Shown: positions 8,426 to 18,182, counted from the first letter of the stretch. The stretch: 64,000 nucleotides of DNA from Bacteroidota bacterium (GCA_051747665.1 JBNJGK010000001.1:7871-71870); one strand, 5' to 3'. Translations and numbers: made by a program. Notes: generated by a model from the letters alone, not told the origin.

Positions 8426-8475
8426 GTTAAATACAAGTTAATGCAGGTTAAAATGTTGTTAAAACAGTACTGTTT
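8426..8475 (+). promoter_or_regulatory. Four helically phased GTTAA direct repeats plus a 14-bp perfect palindrome AAACAGTACTGTTT
   Basis: GTTAA starts at 8426, 8437, 8447 and 8458 (spacing 11, 10, 11). The palindrome is at 8462..8475, 26 nt upstream of the kinase ATG at 8501. It lies in the spacer shared with the divergent gene that starts at 8354. Confidence 0.45.
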
Positions 8476-8500
8476 AAAACAGCTTTACTATTTTTAGACT

Positions 8501-9796
8501 ATGAAAAGATATATTCTGCTAGTTATTATTGCCGTAACTTCTTTTGCATTGATTGGAAGTGTGATTATTCAGTTTTATTGGGTGAAGCAAGGCTATGAGC
8601 TTAAAGAGGAGCAGTTCGACAATAGCATTACGATTTCGCTAAAAACAGTAGTCAATGAGCTTTTAAATTATCAGAATACGGAAATACCGGAAGCATACAA
8701 ACGCGAAGCTCCTTGTGATGAAAAGGCGCCTATTGTAAGGCAAATAAAGCCCCGGCTGTTGGATTCATTAATCCGTGTTCAGTTAGAAGGGCTGGCAGGT
8801 CAGCAAGAGTACGCCTATGGGGTTTATGATGTCGATTCTCAGGAGTTTATGATGGGAGACTATGAAAACTATGAAGATAAATTGCTGAAGAGTCCGTATC
8901 AAACATCTATGACCTGTATCTATGATTCCAGCAAGTTTTTGCTCATAATCTATTTTACGGATAAGCAAAACCTGGTCATGAGCGATTTGGCCGGCTGGAT
9001 CGCTACATCCATTTTCTTTATAGTGATTCTGATTGTTGGTTTTTACTTGTCAGCAAACTCAATGCTGAAACAGAAAAAACTTTCTGAGATGAAAAACGAT
9101 TTTATCAACAATATGACACATGAGTTTAAGACGCCGATTTCTACCATCAGCCTTGCCGGAGAGATGTTGATGAAGCCCGGTATCCAGAAGGATCATCAGA
9201 AAACCACTCGCTATTCTCAAATAATCCTGGATGAAAATTCGCGGTTGAAAAAACAGGTAGAACATATTTTACAGATTGCCGTGCTTGACCGTGGAGAATT
9301 TAAACTTAAAAAGAAAGAAGTAGATATTCATGAAATTATTCATAATCAGGTAAATAATATGGAATTAACATTGAAGGAGAATAACGGAGAAATACAGTGC
9401 TTTACTAATGCCGCATCGCACCATGTAATCGGCGACAGAGTGCATCTCGAAAATGTAATTTCAAATTTGTTGGATAATGCAAATAAATACACACCTGAAA
9501 ATCCTAAACTTAAAATTTCTACAATCAACAAAAATGATGGAATAATTGTTAGTGTTTCCGATAATGGCATAGGGATTAGCGCTGAAAACAAAAAACATGT
9601 GTTCAAAAACCTATACCGGGTTCCTACGGGAAACATTCATAATGTTAAAGGGTTTGGTTTAGGTCTGTATTATGTAAAAACCATTATTGAAGCACATGGC
9701 GGCTCTATAGATTTGGATAGTGAGCCGGGTAAAGGTAGTACATTTAAAGTGTATATTCCATTTAATTATAACGATTATGAAGAACAACAAAGTTAA
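8501..9796 (+). CDS. Sensor histidine kinase (two TM segments, ~140-aa extracytoplasmic domain, HisKA + HATPase_c)
   Basis: H-box MTHEFKTPISTI, N-box LLDNANKYT, G1 DNGIGI and G2 GFGLGL. Confidence 0.9.
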   Translation: MKRYILLVIIAVTSFALIGSVIIQFYWVKQGYELKEEQFDNSITISLKTVVNELLNYQNTEIPEAYKREAPCDEKAPIVRQIKPRLLDSLIRVQLEGLAGQQEYAYGVYDVDSQEFMMGDYENYEDKLLKSPYQTSMTCIYDSSKFLLIIYFTDKQNLVMSDLAGWIATSIFFIVILIVGFYLSANSMLKQKKLSEMKNDFINNMTHEFKTPISTISLAGEMLMKPGIQKDHQKTTRYSQIILDENSRLKKQVEHILQIAVLDRGEFKLKKKEVDIHEIIHNQVNNMELTLKENNGEIQCFTNAASHHVIGDRVHLENVISNLLDNANKYTPENPKLKISTINKNDGIIVSVSDNGIGISAENKKHVFKNLYRVPTGNIHNVKGFGLGLYYVKTIIEAHGGSIDLDSEPGKGSTFKVYIPFNYNDYEEQQS

Positions 9797-10484
9797 AATA
9801 CTACTGGCAGAGGACGACTCAAATCTGAGTTCGGTTTTGACAGATTATCTTGATATGCTGGATTATGATACCGATCTTGCTGTAGATGGTCAGGAAGGCG
9901 CAGAAAAGTTTAAGAAAGGGAAATACGATCTTTGCATTTTGGATGTGATGATGCCTAAGAAAGATGGCTTTATGCTGGCCAAGGAAATACGAGAGAAAGA
10001 CGAGCAGATTCCCATCATTTTCTTAACAGCCAAGTCTATGAAAGAAGATCGCATTAGTGGTTTTAAAGCCGGTTGCGACGATTACCTTACGAAACCCTTC
10101 AGCAGTGAAGAGCTTAGTTTGCGTATCCAGGCTATACTGAAACGATGTGAGATTCGTGATAACCCACAAATGCAGCCCTCTCAGAAGAGTTTCAGGATTG
10201 GTAAGTTCACACTGGATCCGAATAACATGACCTTGTCTTCCAAAGAAAGCAGCAGAGTGCTTACCAAAAAAGAGGCGGCATTGCTGAGGTTGCTTGCCGA
10301 AAACAAAAACAGACTTTTAACCCGTGAATACGCACTAAAAACCATCTGGGGAGATGATGATTATTTCATTGGCCGGTCTATGGATGTTTTTATTACCAAG
10401 CTCAGGAAATACCTGAAAGACGATGAGCGGGTGAAGATTGTAAATGTGCATGGCACGGGCTTCAAGCTCGAAATTAACCGATGA
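9777..10484 (+). CDS. OmpR/PhoB-family response regulator
   Basis: Receiver motifs (KILLAEDD, ILDVMMPKKDG, TAK) and a C-terminal winged-helix domain (...VHGTGFKLE). Start moved to MKNNKVKILLAEDD, which overlaps the kinase stop by 20 nt. Confidence 0.9.
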   Translation: MKNNKVKILLAEDDSNLSSVLTDYLDMLDYDTDLAVDGQEGAEKFKKGKYDLCILDVMMPKKDGFMLAKEIREKDEQIPIIFLTAKSMKEDRISGFKAGCDDYLTKPFSSEELSLRIQAILKRCEIRDNPQMQPSQKSFRIGKFTLDPNNMTLSSKESSRVLTKKEAALLRLLAENKNRLLTREYALKTIWGDDDYFIGRSMDVFITKLRKYLKDDERVKIVNVHGTGFKLEINR

Positions 10485-10487
10485 ATC

Positions 10488-10811
10488 ATGGAACTTTCAG
10501 AAGCACAGAAAATTGTAGATAATTGGATTCGGGACCACGGGGTCAGGTATTTTAATGAGCTAACCAATATGGCTGTGCTTACGGAAGAAGTCGGCGAGCT
10601 TGCCCGGATCATTGCCCGTAAATATGGAGAACAATCATTCAAAGAATCTGATAAAAGCGCTATCGATGAAGAAATCGCTGATGTTTTGTTCGTGCTGATC
10701 TGTATAGCCAATCAAACCGGGGTGGATTTGGAAGATGCGCTTAAAAAATCCATCCAAAAGAAAACCAGCCGGGATAATGAACGCCATCAACAGAATAAGA
10801 AACTGAGGTGA
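10488..10811 (+). CDS. MazG-like nucleotide pyrophosphohydrolase (small single-domain type)
   Basis: EEVGELA and EEIADVLFVLICIAN motifs of the MazG/all-alpha NTP-PPase fold. The start is 3 nt after the regulator stop. Confidence 0.75.
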   Translation: MELSEAQKIVDNWIRDHGVRYFNELTNMAVLTEEVGELARIIARKYGEQSFKESDKSAIDEEIADVLFVLICIANQTGVDLEDALKKSIQKKTSRDNERHQQNKKLR

Positions 10812-10816
10812 AATAT

Positions 10817-11959
10817 TTACTTTGTTTTCTTCAATTTCTTTACCTTCGACCGGAAAACTGCTTTAATGCGGCTCCAGATGTAGTAAGCCCTTCGTTTCCG
10901 AACCAGATATTTTCGCTCCTGCTGATTGCTTATAAGGTAAGCTACTGCTTTCATGGAAGGAGAATGCTCACTAATAATTTTGATAGTAGCTACTACGGGT
11001 AATACCACTACCATCCCGATTATTCCCCACACCATGCCGCCAACAATAATGCTTAAGATCGTAATCAACGGGTTTATGTCTACATAACCTCCGGTAATAT
11101 TTGGGGTTAAGATGTTATTCTCTGTAAACTGAATAATGGCAAATAAAATCAGTACACCGAGAGCAAGCTGAATTGAGTCGCCTGTCAGCAAAGTAAACAG
11201 GAGTGGAATTGAGCCCCCAATCCAGGTTCCGAAATAGGGGATAAAATTAAAAAAGGCTGAAATCAGACCGAAGACAATGGGGTATTTTATACCGACAATA
11301 TAAAGGCCTAAAGAATTTAAAACAGACAGCACCAAAACGACAACAAAAACACCTCCGATATAACGCTGTACCATTTGAGAAATTCTTTTCATAATCACAA
11401 CAGCAACCGACTTTTTATCTGTGGGGATAATGCGCAACAGGAAAATGAAAAACTTCTGACGGTAAAAGAGCATATAATAAACAAAAACAGGCAAAAGAAA
11501 CATTTTTGCAAGGGTAGAAGTGGTAGCTGTAAATGTAACTGAAAGAAAACGGCTGCCCGATTCAAAAAGGTTGTTTACATTTTCTTTGAGCCATTGGTGC
11601 TGTTTATGCACTTCAAGACCTGAGATGGATTCTATGTAAACCTCCATCTGGTCAATATTCTGTAAAGCCTTGCTTTTCAATGCCGGTAAATCTCCCAATA
11701 AGGTTTCCACCTGTTTATACATCAGAAAAATAACACCCGTAAAAATTGAAAAAAGTAATAAAATGGCCGTCAGGTTTGCTAGAAATCGCGGAAAGCGTAT
11801 CATTTCCAATCGGACTACCAGCGGATATAACAAATAGCTGAATAATACGGCCAGCGTGATCACCATAAGCAAATGGCGTGCAACAATAATGGAATAGAAA
11901 AAAAGTATAACAAAGGCTAACCCAATGGTTAGTTTTGTCATTAAAGGATATGATTTCAT
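10817..11959 (-). CDS. AI-2E (PerM/YhhT/TqsA) family transporter
   Basis: A 380-aa polytopic membrane protein with the family-typical central soluble insert and the IPY[FL]G motif (FNFIPYFGTWIG). Confidence 0.8.
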   Translation of the reverse strand: MKSYPLMTKLTIGLAFVILFFYSIIVARHLLMVITLAVLFSYLLYPLVVRLEMIRFPRFLANLTAILLLFSIFTGVIFLMYKQVETLLGDLPALKSKALQNIDQMEVYIESISGLEVHKQHQWLKENVNNLFESGSRFLSVTFTATTSTLAKMFLLPVFVYYMLFYRQKFFIFLLRIIPTDKKSVAVVIMKRISQMVQRYIGGVFVVVLVLSVLNSLGLYIVGIKYPIVFGLISAFFNFIPYFGTWIGGSIPLLFTLLTGDSIQLALGVLILFAIIQFTENNILTPNITGGYVDINPLITILSIIVGGMVWGIIGMVVVLPVVATIKIISEHSPSMKAVAYLISNQQERKYLVRKRRAYYIWSRIKAVFRSKVKKLKKTK

Positions 11960-12182
11960 TTATTTAGCATTTCTAACTATACAACAATCCGGTGTAAATT
12001 TAAATCGTATTTCCTGCTTAACGCAGAAAATTCTTTTTAGTCATAACAATTAACACAGCCATTGCATTTTTCGTTTCTTTATTTGCTTAATTTGCAGTTT
12101 ATAATAAAACTAAAATTGGTTGATGTTATTGCCGGATCCCGGCACATAATTTGCCTCAAAAATAACAAATCTTTATCCAGCT

Positions 12183-14570
12183 ATGCGGCTTTTTGTTTTT
12201 CTTTTATTAATTTTTACAGGCTATTTTTCAGAAGCCCAGTCATACAAAGGGCAGGTGGTTCATGCCAAAACAGGTCTGCCTGTGCCGTTTGCTCATATCC
12301 GTTATCATGAAAACAAAGGAGTTATAAGCGATATTGATGGGTTTTATGAATTTGTGGCTTCTGATGTGGATAGTTTAAAAGTAAGCTATGTAGGTTTTGA
12401 AGCCCAGGCCATAAAAGCAAAGCCAGATAAGCAGCAAACCATAAGACTTAGGCCGGAAACGCTCGAGCTTGAAGAGGTAGTGATTCAACCTGGGAAGAAT
12501 CCGGCTTTAGAGATTATCCGCCGGCTTCTAAAGAATAAGGAGCAGCATAATCCTGTCAATTATGATTCGTATAGTTACCGCGCTTATGACAAAATGTATT
12601 TTACAGTACATGAAGACAGTATTGCTGCTCACCGTCAGAGGCTTGAAGAAGACAGCTCCTTTATGAAGTTAAAACGGTTTTTTGATAAGCAGCACCTTTT
12701 TTTGATGGAAAACATTACAAAAGCACGTTATAATAAACCCGGTAAAAAGCAGGAAGAAGTCTTGGCTACGCGTACTTCCGGCTTTAAAGACCCTTTGTTT
12801 ACTTTTTTGCTTTCGCAGATGCAGTCTGCCTCTTTTTATGACAAAAGAATCCGCATTGGCGGGAAAGAGTTCGTGAATCCGTTGAATAAGGTAAGCCTTT
12901 CGCGCTATTGGTTTTCTATGGAGGATACTTTGACATCCGATTTAAAAGACACAACTTACATCATTTCTTTCCGTCCGAAAAGAAACATCAACTTTGAAGG
13001 ACTGAAGGGCGTGGTTGCAGTGAATAACCAGGGTTGGGCAGTGGAAAACATTGTAGCTGAGCCGGAAGAAAAGCCTAATGGCGGATTGCATGTTAAAATT
13101 GAGCAAAACTATGAAAAAACCGAAGAGGGATATTGGTTTCCTTCTCAACAGAATACAGAACTGTTTTTAGGAAATGTACAGGCTGGTGGAGTGCCGTTAC
13201 TTGGGAGAGGGAAGCGATATATTTTTGACGTTACCATCAATAAACAATCTACCGGAAGCTTCAATCCGTCTATTGCCCTGAAGTATGATGAAGATGCTTT
13301 TGACCGGGAGAATGAGAGTTTTACAAAATTCAGAAGAATCCCTGTTACGGAAAAAGATTTAGAAACGTACAGGGTTATCGACAGCATCGGAGAAGCTGAA
13401 CAATTTGCTGAAAAATTCACCACATTGCAAACAGCCTATAACGGTTCCCTGAAGGCGGGCCCGGTAAATTTTCCTTTCAAACATATTTTGGACAATAACC
13501 GTCATGAAGGTTGGCGTATTGGCGCTGGCATAGAGAGCAACAACGATTTCTCAAGGTGGATTTCCTTATCAGGGTATTTTGCTTATGGGCTTAAAGATAA
13601 TGCCTGGAAATATGGCGCCGGTGCGGATGTGTTTTTAGACAGATATCATAATCATTCGCTCCAGTATAGTTATTCTGATGATCTCGAGGAAAATGGCGTT
13701 TATAACAGCCGGACATTCCTGTCGCTAATAAATTCAGAGTCATTCCGGAACTTTGAAATTGCTTATTTAAACCGAATTCAGCGACATCATGCCAGCTTTA
13801 AAACGCGGCCTTTTACATCGTTACAGCTTGAGCCATTCCTGCAAAAGGAAACCACAAAACCGCTTTTTGATTATAACTATGTCTCCGAAAATGATTTAAA
13901 GCACTTTGCTTTTCTGGAAGCCGGCATATTTTTGCGGTTTGCTTTTCGCGAAAAGTTTGTGCGCTATCCTAACCGCGAAGTTTCACTCGGAACGTCTTAT
14001 CCGGTGCTGAAGTTGCGCTACCAGAGAGGACTGGATGAAAAGGATTTCGGTGACTTTGATTATCATCGTGTTTATTTTCAAATCAATCATGCATTTAAAA
14101 CAAACCTGGTTGGTGAAACGGCTTACAGGTTAGAAGGAGGATATGTTACAGAACAGGTGCCTGTAATGAAAATGTTCCACGGAAGGGGCAGTAAAAACTC
14201 GGTATTCTATAGTCCTAATAGCTTTGCTACCATGGGTTATGGAGAGTTTTACCATCACCGGTTTTTATCTTTATATGCATCGCACCAATTCGGGAAATTG
14301 CTGGTAAACACCCGGTATTTCTCACCGGATATTTCCATACATCACAATATGCAGTTCGGCACGAACAAGAATCAAGGGCTTCATCAAAATATGGTTTATG
14401 CTGAAGCTGCAAAAGGATATCATGAATCAGGAATCGTGTTGAATAGCATTTTGGATTTAGGGTTAGCCGGAATTGGTATTAGCGCTTTTTATAGGCATGG
14501 AGCTTATGCTTTACCTGAATTCAAAAACAACCTCTCAGTCATGGTTGGCCTAACTATCCTGGGCAATTGA
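12183..14570 (+). CDS. Carboxypeptidase-regulatory-like domain protein with a large DUF5686-type outer-membrane region
   Basis: Signal peptide, then an N-terminal CarboxypepD_reg-like beta-sandwich (YKGQVVHAKTGLPVPFAHIRY...GFYEF). The ~700-aa C-terminal region is beta-rich. The family name comes from memory of similar Bacteroidetes proteins. Confidence 0.6.
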   Translation: MRLFVFLLLIFTGYFSEAQSYKGQVVHAKTGLPVPFAHIRYHENKGVISDIDGFYEFVASDVDSLKVSYVGFEAQAIKAKPDKQQTIRLRPETLELEEVVIQPGKNPALEIIRRLLKNKEQHNPVNYDSYSYRAYDKMYFTVHEDSIAAHRQRLEEDSSFMKLKRFFDKQHLFLMENITKARYNKPGKKQEEVLATRTSGFKDPLFTFLLSQMQSASFYDKRIRIGGKEFVNPLNKVSLSRYWFSMEDTLTSDLKDTTYIISFRPKRNINFEGLKGVVAVNNQGWAVENIVAEPEEKPNGGLHVKIEQNYEKTEEGYWFPSQQNTELFLGNVQAGGVPLLGRGKRYIFDVTINKQSTGSFNPSIALKYDEDAFDRENESFTKFRRIPVTEKDLETYRVIDSIGEAEQFAEKFTTLQTAYNGSLKAGPVNFPFKHILDNNRHEGWRIGAGIESNNDFSRWISLSGYFAYGLKDNAWKYGAGADVFLDRYHNHSLQYSYSDDLEENGVYNSRTFLSLINSESFRNFEIAYLNRIQRHHASFKTRPFTSLQLEPFLQKETTKPLFDYNYVSENDLKHFAFLEAGIFLRFAFREKFVRYPNREVSLGTSYPVLKLRYQRGLDEKDFGDFDYHRVYFQINHAFKTNLVGETAYRLEGGYVTEQVPVMKMFHGRGSKNSVFYSPNSFATMGYGEFYHHRFLSLYASHQFGKLLVNTRYFSPDISIHHNMQFGTNKNQGLHQNMVYAEAAKGYHESGIVLNSILDLGLAGIGISAFYRHGAYALPEFKNNLSVMVGLTILGN

Positions 14571-14728
14571 TATGGAAAATAGTTGTGAGAATTTTTTTTA
14601 TCCCGCTTATTGAAAGAAATGGCAGCAGAGCAGATGTTGCTGTTAAAATACGTTTTTCTTAACAGGGATTGTGAATTGTTCCCTTTAAAAGTTTCACCGT
14701 GTCCATCATTCTAAAAGGGATTATTTTG

Positions 14729-14736
14729 TAAATTTG
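14729..14736 (+). promoter_or_regulatory. Bacteroidetes-type -7 promoter box (TAAATTTG)
   Basis: Exact TAnnTTTG match 16 nt upstream of the ATG at 14753. Confidence 0.4.
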
Positions 14737-14752
14737 GAACAATATCATCCGT

Positions 14753-15847
14753 ATGGAAAAAATATTCAGAATTGTAGTCAGTGCATTTGTAATTGGAGTC
14801 GTAATCTTTTTGGCGTGGCGCTTTTCAGATATACTCACCTACATACTGATTTCAGCCGTTTTATCTTTGATGGGAAAACCGTTGGTTCGCATTCTGGATC
14901 AAATTCAAATAAGACAATGGCATTTTCCGCATGTTTTGAGTTCTCTTTTGACTCTGGTGCTGATGATTCTTATTGTTGCAGGCCTGGTACGTGTATTTGT
15001 ACCATTAATTGCTCAGCAGGCTGAAATGATCTCAAATATTGATGTAGAAGCTGTTGGGCGTTCACTGGAGCAGCCTGTTTCTGAGTTGCAGGATTTTCTA
15101 ATCAGTTATAATATCCTCAAAGAGAAAGAGTCTATTGAAATGTTGCTGATAAGCAATATTGAATCCGTAGTGAGTTTTGCTACGTTTTCTGATATTTTTA
15201 AGAACCTCCTCAGCATTGCCGGTAATTTGTTTATCGGGGTTTTTGCTGTTCTGTTCATCACCTTCTTTTTCCTGAAAGAAGAGGATTTGTTTTTCAATGG
15301 TATTCTGTTGCTCATGCCTATGAAATTCCAGGAAGAAGGTAAAAAAATTCTCTCGGATTCGCAATATTTGCTTTCGCGATATTTTATCGGGTTGCTTATA
15401 GAATTAACTACGATGGTTACCCTTATTAGTACAGGGTTGACATTTTTCGGGGTAAAAAACGCTTTTTTAATCGGACTTCTGGGAGGGGTTATGAATGTGA
15501 TACCTTATCTTGGCCCTATTATCGGTACGATGATTGGGGTCACTTTAGGCACAATAACTCATCTTAGCGGGGGAGCCTACAGTGATCTTTTTACGCTGAT
15601 AATTACCATCGTTGGTACTTTCGCCATTTCTAACCTCATAGATAATATGGTTTTGCAACCCTGGATTTATTCCAATAGCGTTAAGGCGCATCCGTTAGAA
15701 ATATTTCTGGTGATTCTGATTGCCGGTTCAGTGGCTGGTGTGCTTGGAATGGTGCTGGCTATACCTTCTTATACAGTGTTGCGCATTGTGGCCAAACAAT
15801 TCCTTTCGCAAAGCCGGGTGATACAGAAAATCACCAAAGACATATAA
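14753..15847 (+). CDS. AI-2E (PerM/YhhT/TqsA) family transporter, second paralogue
   Basis: A 364-aa polytopic membrane protein with the motif MNVIPYLGPIIG. Its architecture matches the gene at 10817..11959. Confidence 0.8.
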   Translation: MEKIFRIVVSAFVIGVVIFLAWRFSDILTYILISAVLSLMGKPLVRILDQIQIRQWHFPHVLSSLLTLVLMILIVAGLVRVFVPLIAQQAEMISNIDVEAVGRSLEQPVSELQDFLISYNILKEKESIEMLLISNIESVVSFATFSDIFKNLLSIAGNLFIGVFAVLFITFFFLKEEDLFFNGILLLMPMKFQEEGKKILSDSQYLLSRYFIGLLIELTTMVTLISTGLTFFGVKNAFLIGLLGGVMNVIPYLGPIIGTMIGVTLGTITHLSGGAYSDLFTLIITIVGTFAISNLIDNMVLQPWIYSNSVKAHPLEIFLVILIAGSVAGVLGMVLAIPSYTVLRIVAKQFLSQSRVIQKITKDI

Positions 15848-15850
15848 AAA

Positions 15851-15877
15851 AACCGGAAAAGCAATACTTTCCCGGTT
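15851..15877. terminator. Bidirectional stem-loop between convergent genes
   Basis: AACCGGAAAAG-CAATA-CTTTCCCGGTT forms a 10-bp stem with one mismatch. It is flanked by an A-run upstream and TTTCATT downstream. Confidence 0.6.
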
Positions 15878-15905
15878 TCATTGCAGATATATCCTTGTAA
15901 AATTC

Positions 15906-16478
15906 TCAGAAGCTCATAATGTCTTCTTCTTTTTGCTTAATGATTTCATCCACCATTTTCACATATTGGTCAGTAAGCTTTTGAATTTCTTCTTCAAGCT
16001 GTTTTTCCTCATCTTCAGAGAGGCCTTCCTTTTGTAGCTTTTTGGCTTCATTGTTGGCTTCTTTTCGTGCGCCTCTGATACTAATGCGGGCTTCTTCGCC
16101 TTCATTCTTGCATTTTTTCACCAAATCCTTGCGGCGCTCTTCAGTCAATTCCGGGACAATTATCCGAATCAGTTCACCATCATCCTGTGGGTTAAAACCC
16201 AGGTTAGCCTGTTGTATCTCTTTGATAATCGGTTGTATCATGCTTTTGTCCCAGGGTTGTATTACAATTTGCCGTGGCTCAGGCACAGATAAGTTTGCAA
16301 CCTGTTCCAGTGGTGTCTGGGCGCCGTAATAATCAACTTTTATTCCTGAAAGCATACGCGGATTAGCTTTCCCCGTGCGCAGCTTTTGCAGTTCTTTGTT
16401 GAGATATTCGATTGAACCTTCCATGCTCTCTTTGGCCGAATCTATCACGAATTGCGCTTCTTCTGTCATAACTATCAA
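15906..16478 (-). CDS. frr: Ribosome recycling factor
   Basis: Full-length match to the RRF pattern (RTGKANPRMLSGIKVDYYG...PEPRQIVIQPWD). The true start may be Met4 at 16469. Confidence 0.95.
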   Translation of the reverse strand: MIVMTEEAQFVIDSAKESMEGSIEYLNKELQKLRTGKANPRMLSGIKVDYYGAQTPLEQVANLSVPEPRQIVIQPWDKSMIQPIIKEIQQANLGFNPQDDGELIRIIVPELTEERRKDLVKKCKNEGEEARISIRGARKEANNEAKKLQKEGLSEDEEKQLEEEIQKLTDQYVKMVDEIIKQKEEDIMSF

Positions 16479-16529
16479 ATTTTATTTGCCACACAAATAT
16501 AATAAAATATTATTGAGCCATGTAAAAAT

Positions 16530-17240
16530 TTAAGGATTGTATACCCGTGTTCCGTTTTCGGGGTTTGCTAATACTTTTTCAAGGTTTCCTTTACGGTTCA
16601 TGTCAAAGACCAGAATCTCGATGTTGTTTTCTTTGCATAAAGTAAAAGCCGTCAGGTCCATAATTTTAAGTCCTTTTTCGTAGGCCTCATCAAATGTGAT
16701 GGTAGTAAATTTTTTGGCGTCAGGGTTTTTCTCCGGATCATCTGTATAGATGCCATCTACCCGTGTTCCTTTCAACAGCACATCCGCTTCAATCTCTACT
16801 GCTCGAAGCGCTGCAGCCGAGTCTGTAGTAAAAAACGGATTCCCGGTGCCGCCACTGATGATAACCACGTTGTCTTCTTCAAGGTATTTTTGTGCATTAC
16901 GGCGGCTCATGGCTTCGGCAACCGGCTCTATAGTTAATCCGCCGAGCAGTTTAGAGGAGACACTTACTTTTTCAAGTGCTCCCTGCAGTGCCATAGAATT
17001 GATCACTGTGGCCAACATGCCCATATAGTCGCCCTGAACGCGGTCCATTCCAGCACCAGCTCCTTGCAGTCCGCGATAAATGTTACCGCCACCGATAACA
17101 ATAGCAATCTGGTAGCCTGCGTTTTTTGCGGTTTTTATTTCATGGGCGTATTCCGAAAGCCTCTCCGGGTCAATGCCATATTGGCCATCACCCATAAGCG
17201 CCTCGCCGCTTAGCTTAAGTAAAATCTTTTTGTATCTCAT
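16530..17240 (-). CDS. pyrH: UMP kinase
   Basis: KILLKLSGEAL and VIGGGNIYRG motifs. Conserved pyrH-frr synteny. Confidence 0.95.
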   Translation of the reverse strand: MRYKKILLKLSGEALMGDGQYGIDPERLSEYAHEIKTAKNAGYQIAIVIGGGNIYRGLQGAGAGMDRVQGDYMGMLATVINSMALQGALEKVSVSSKLLGGLTIEPVAEAMSRRNAQKYLEEDNVVIISGGTGNPFFTTDSAAALRAVEIEADVLLKGTRVDGIYTDDPEKNPDAKKFTTITFDEAYEKGLKIMDLTAFTLCKENNIEILVFDMNRKGNLEKVLANPENGTRVYNP

Positions 17241-17282
17241 GTTGTTGATTATGGAATTGCTGCAAAAGTAAAAAAAAGTGCC

Positions 17283-17711
17283 TTAAGGACTTCCTGCTTT
17301 ACGGAAAATAACGACCAGGCTCCTGGGAGTGGGATGGTTGTTGTTTCTGGCCAGAAATTCATATGGAATATCTTTTTCAAACTCCATCATCATGTTATCC
17401 TTTATGAGGGTTGATGGTAAGGTGTCGTTGGCCTTTTCTACCTGCAGAAGGGCGCTACTTGAATTTACTTTTTCAATAGCCCAGGTGGCAGTTGTATCAA
17501 ACGTAATGATAGTACCAATGAAGCCTGAGGTACTCATCGGAAAGAAAATTTTAAAAGAATCCGGAGGATATACGATTTCAGGCTTAAGAGGCAAAACCGG
17601 AATGCCGTCGCCTTCTATGGTTGTTTTCTCGCATCCCGCAAAGGGAAAAGAAAACAGGAAAGCAAGCAAAACTATGGTGGATATGATTACAGCTTCTTTT
17701 TTCATCTTCAT
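17283..17711 (-). CDS. Hypothetical lipoprotein, paralogue of 17754..18182
   Basis: Lipobox FAG-C after a hydrophobic signal sequence. Shares PPDSF, W.I.K.N.SS and Y.[EF]L..NNN.P..R.L...F.K with its neighbour. Start moved to MKMKKEAV. Confidence 0.6.
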   Translation of the reverse strand: MKMKKEAVIISTIVLLAFLFSFPFAGCEKTTIEGDGIPVLPLKPEIVYPPDSFKIFFPMSTSGFIGTIITFDTTATWAIEKVNSSSALLQVEKANDTLPSTLIKDNMMMEFEKDIPYEFLARNNNHPTPRSLVVIFRKAGSP

Positions 17712-17753
17712 AAAGGTATAAAAATATTTTAACAAAATGTATTGATGTAACTG

Positions 17754-18182
17754 TTAAATTTTGTTTGGAAAGGATTCATAAACTTTAGGAACTTTTTCGA
17801 ATCTGAGCTGAAGAACCCGGTCTTCGGGATAATTGTTGTTGTTCCCGTAAAGCTCATAGAGGATTTCCTGCTGGATTCCAACGGTATCAATTTGCTCCAG
17901 CAGATAAGAGCTGTCTGTTTCCGATCGCTTCATCCAAATTCGGCTTGATAAGGCATTCATCTTCTGGATATGCCATACCGCATTGCTTTCTGTTCTGAGA
18001 AAGGTTCGCACATTTGTGTTGTTAGAAAGCGGCATCAGCACCAAAAAGCTATCCGGAGGGTTGATGATATCTTCAGTAACCGGATATTTACGGATACCGG
18101 ATTCATCAGGAAAATCATCAAAACATCCTGCCAAAGCAAACATGCTAACTATGATAAGACTGACAAAAATGAGCCTTTTCAT
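17754..18182 (-). CDS. Hypothetical lipoprotein, paralogue of 17283..17711
   Basis: Signal peptide MKRLIFVSLIIVSMFALAG-C (lipobox). About 120 mature residues are colinear with the downstream paralogue. Confidence 0.6.
   Translation of the reverse strand: MKRLIFVSLIIVSMFALAGCFDDFPDESGIRKYPVTEDIINPPDSFLVLMPLSNNTNVRTFLRTESNAVWHIQKMNALSSRIWMKRSETDSSYLLEQIDTVGIQQEILYELYGNNNNYPEDRVLQLRFEKVPKVYESFPNKI

Noticed and set aside
12084-12097. A 14-nt exact repeat TGCTTAATTTGCAG shared with 45794..45807
   Set aside because: Exact 14-mers are expected by chance many times among all position pairs of a 64-kb AT-rich window counted on both strands. My rough estimate is tens. The flanks do not align and the contexts differ.
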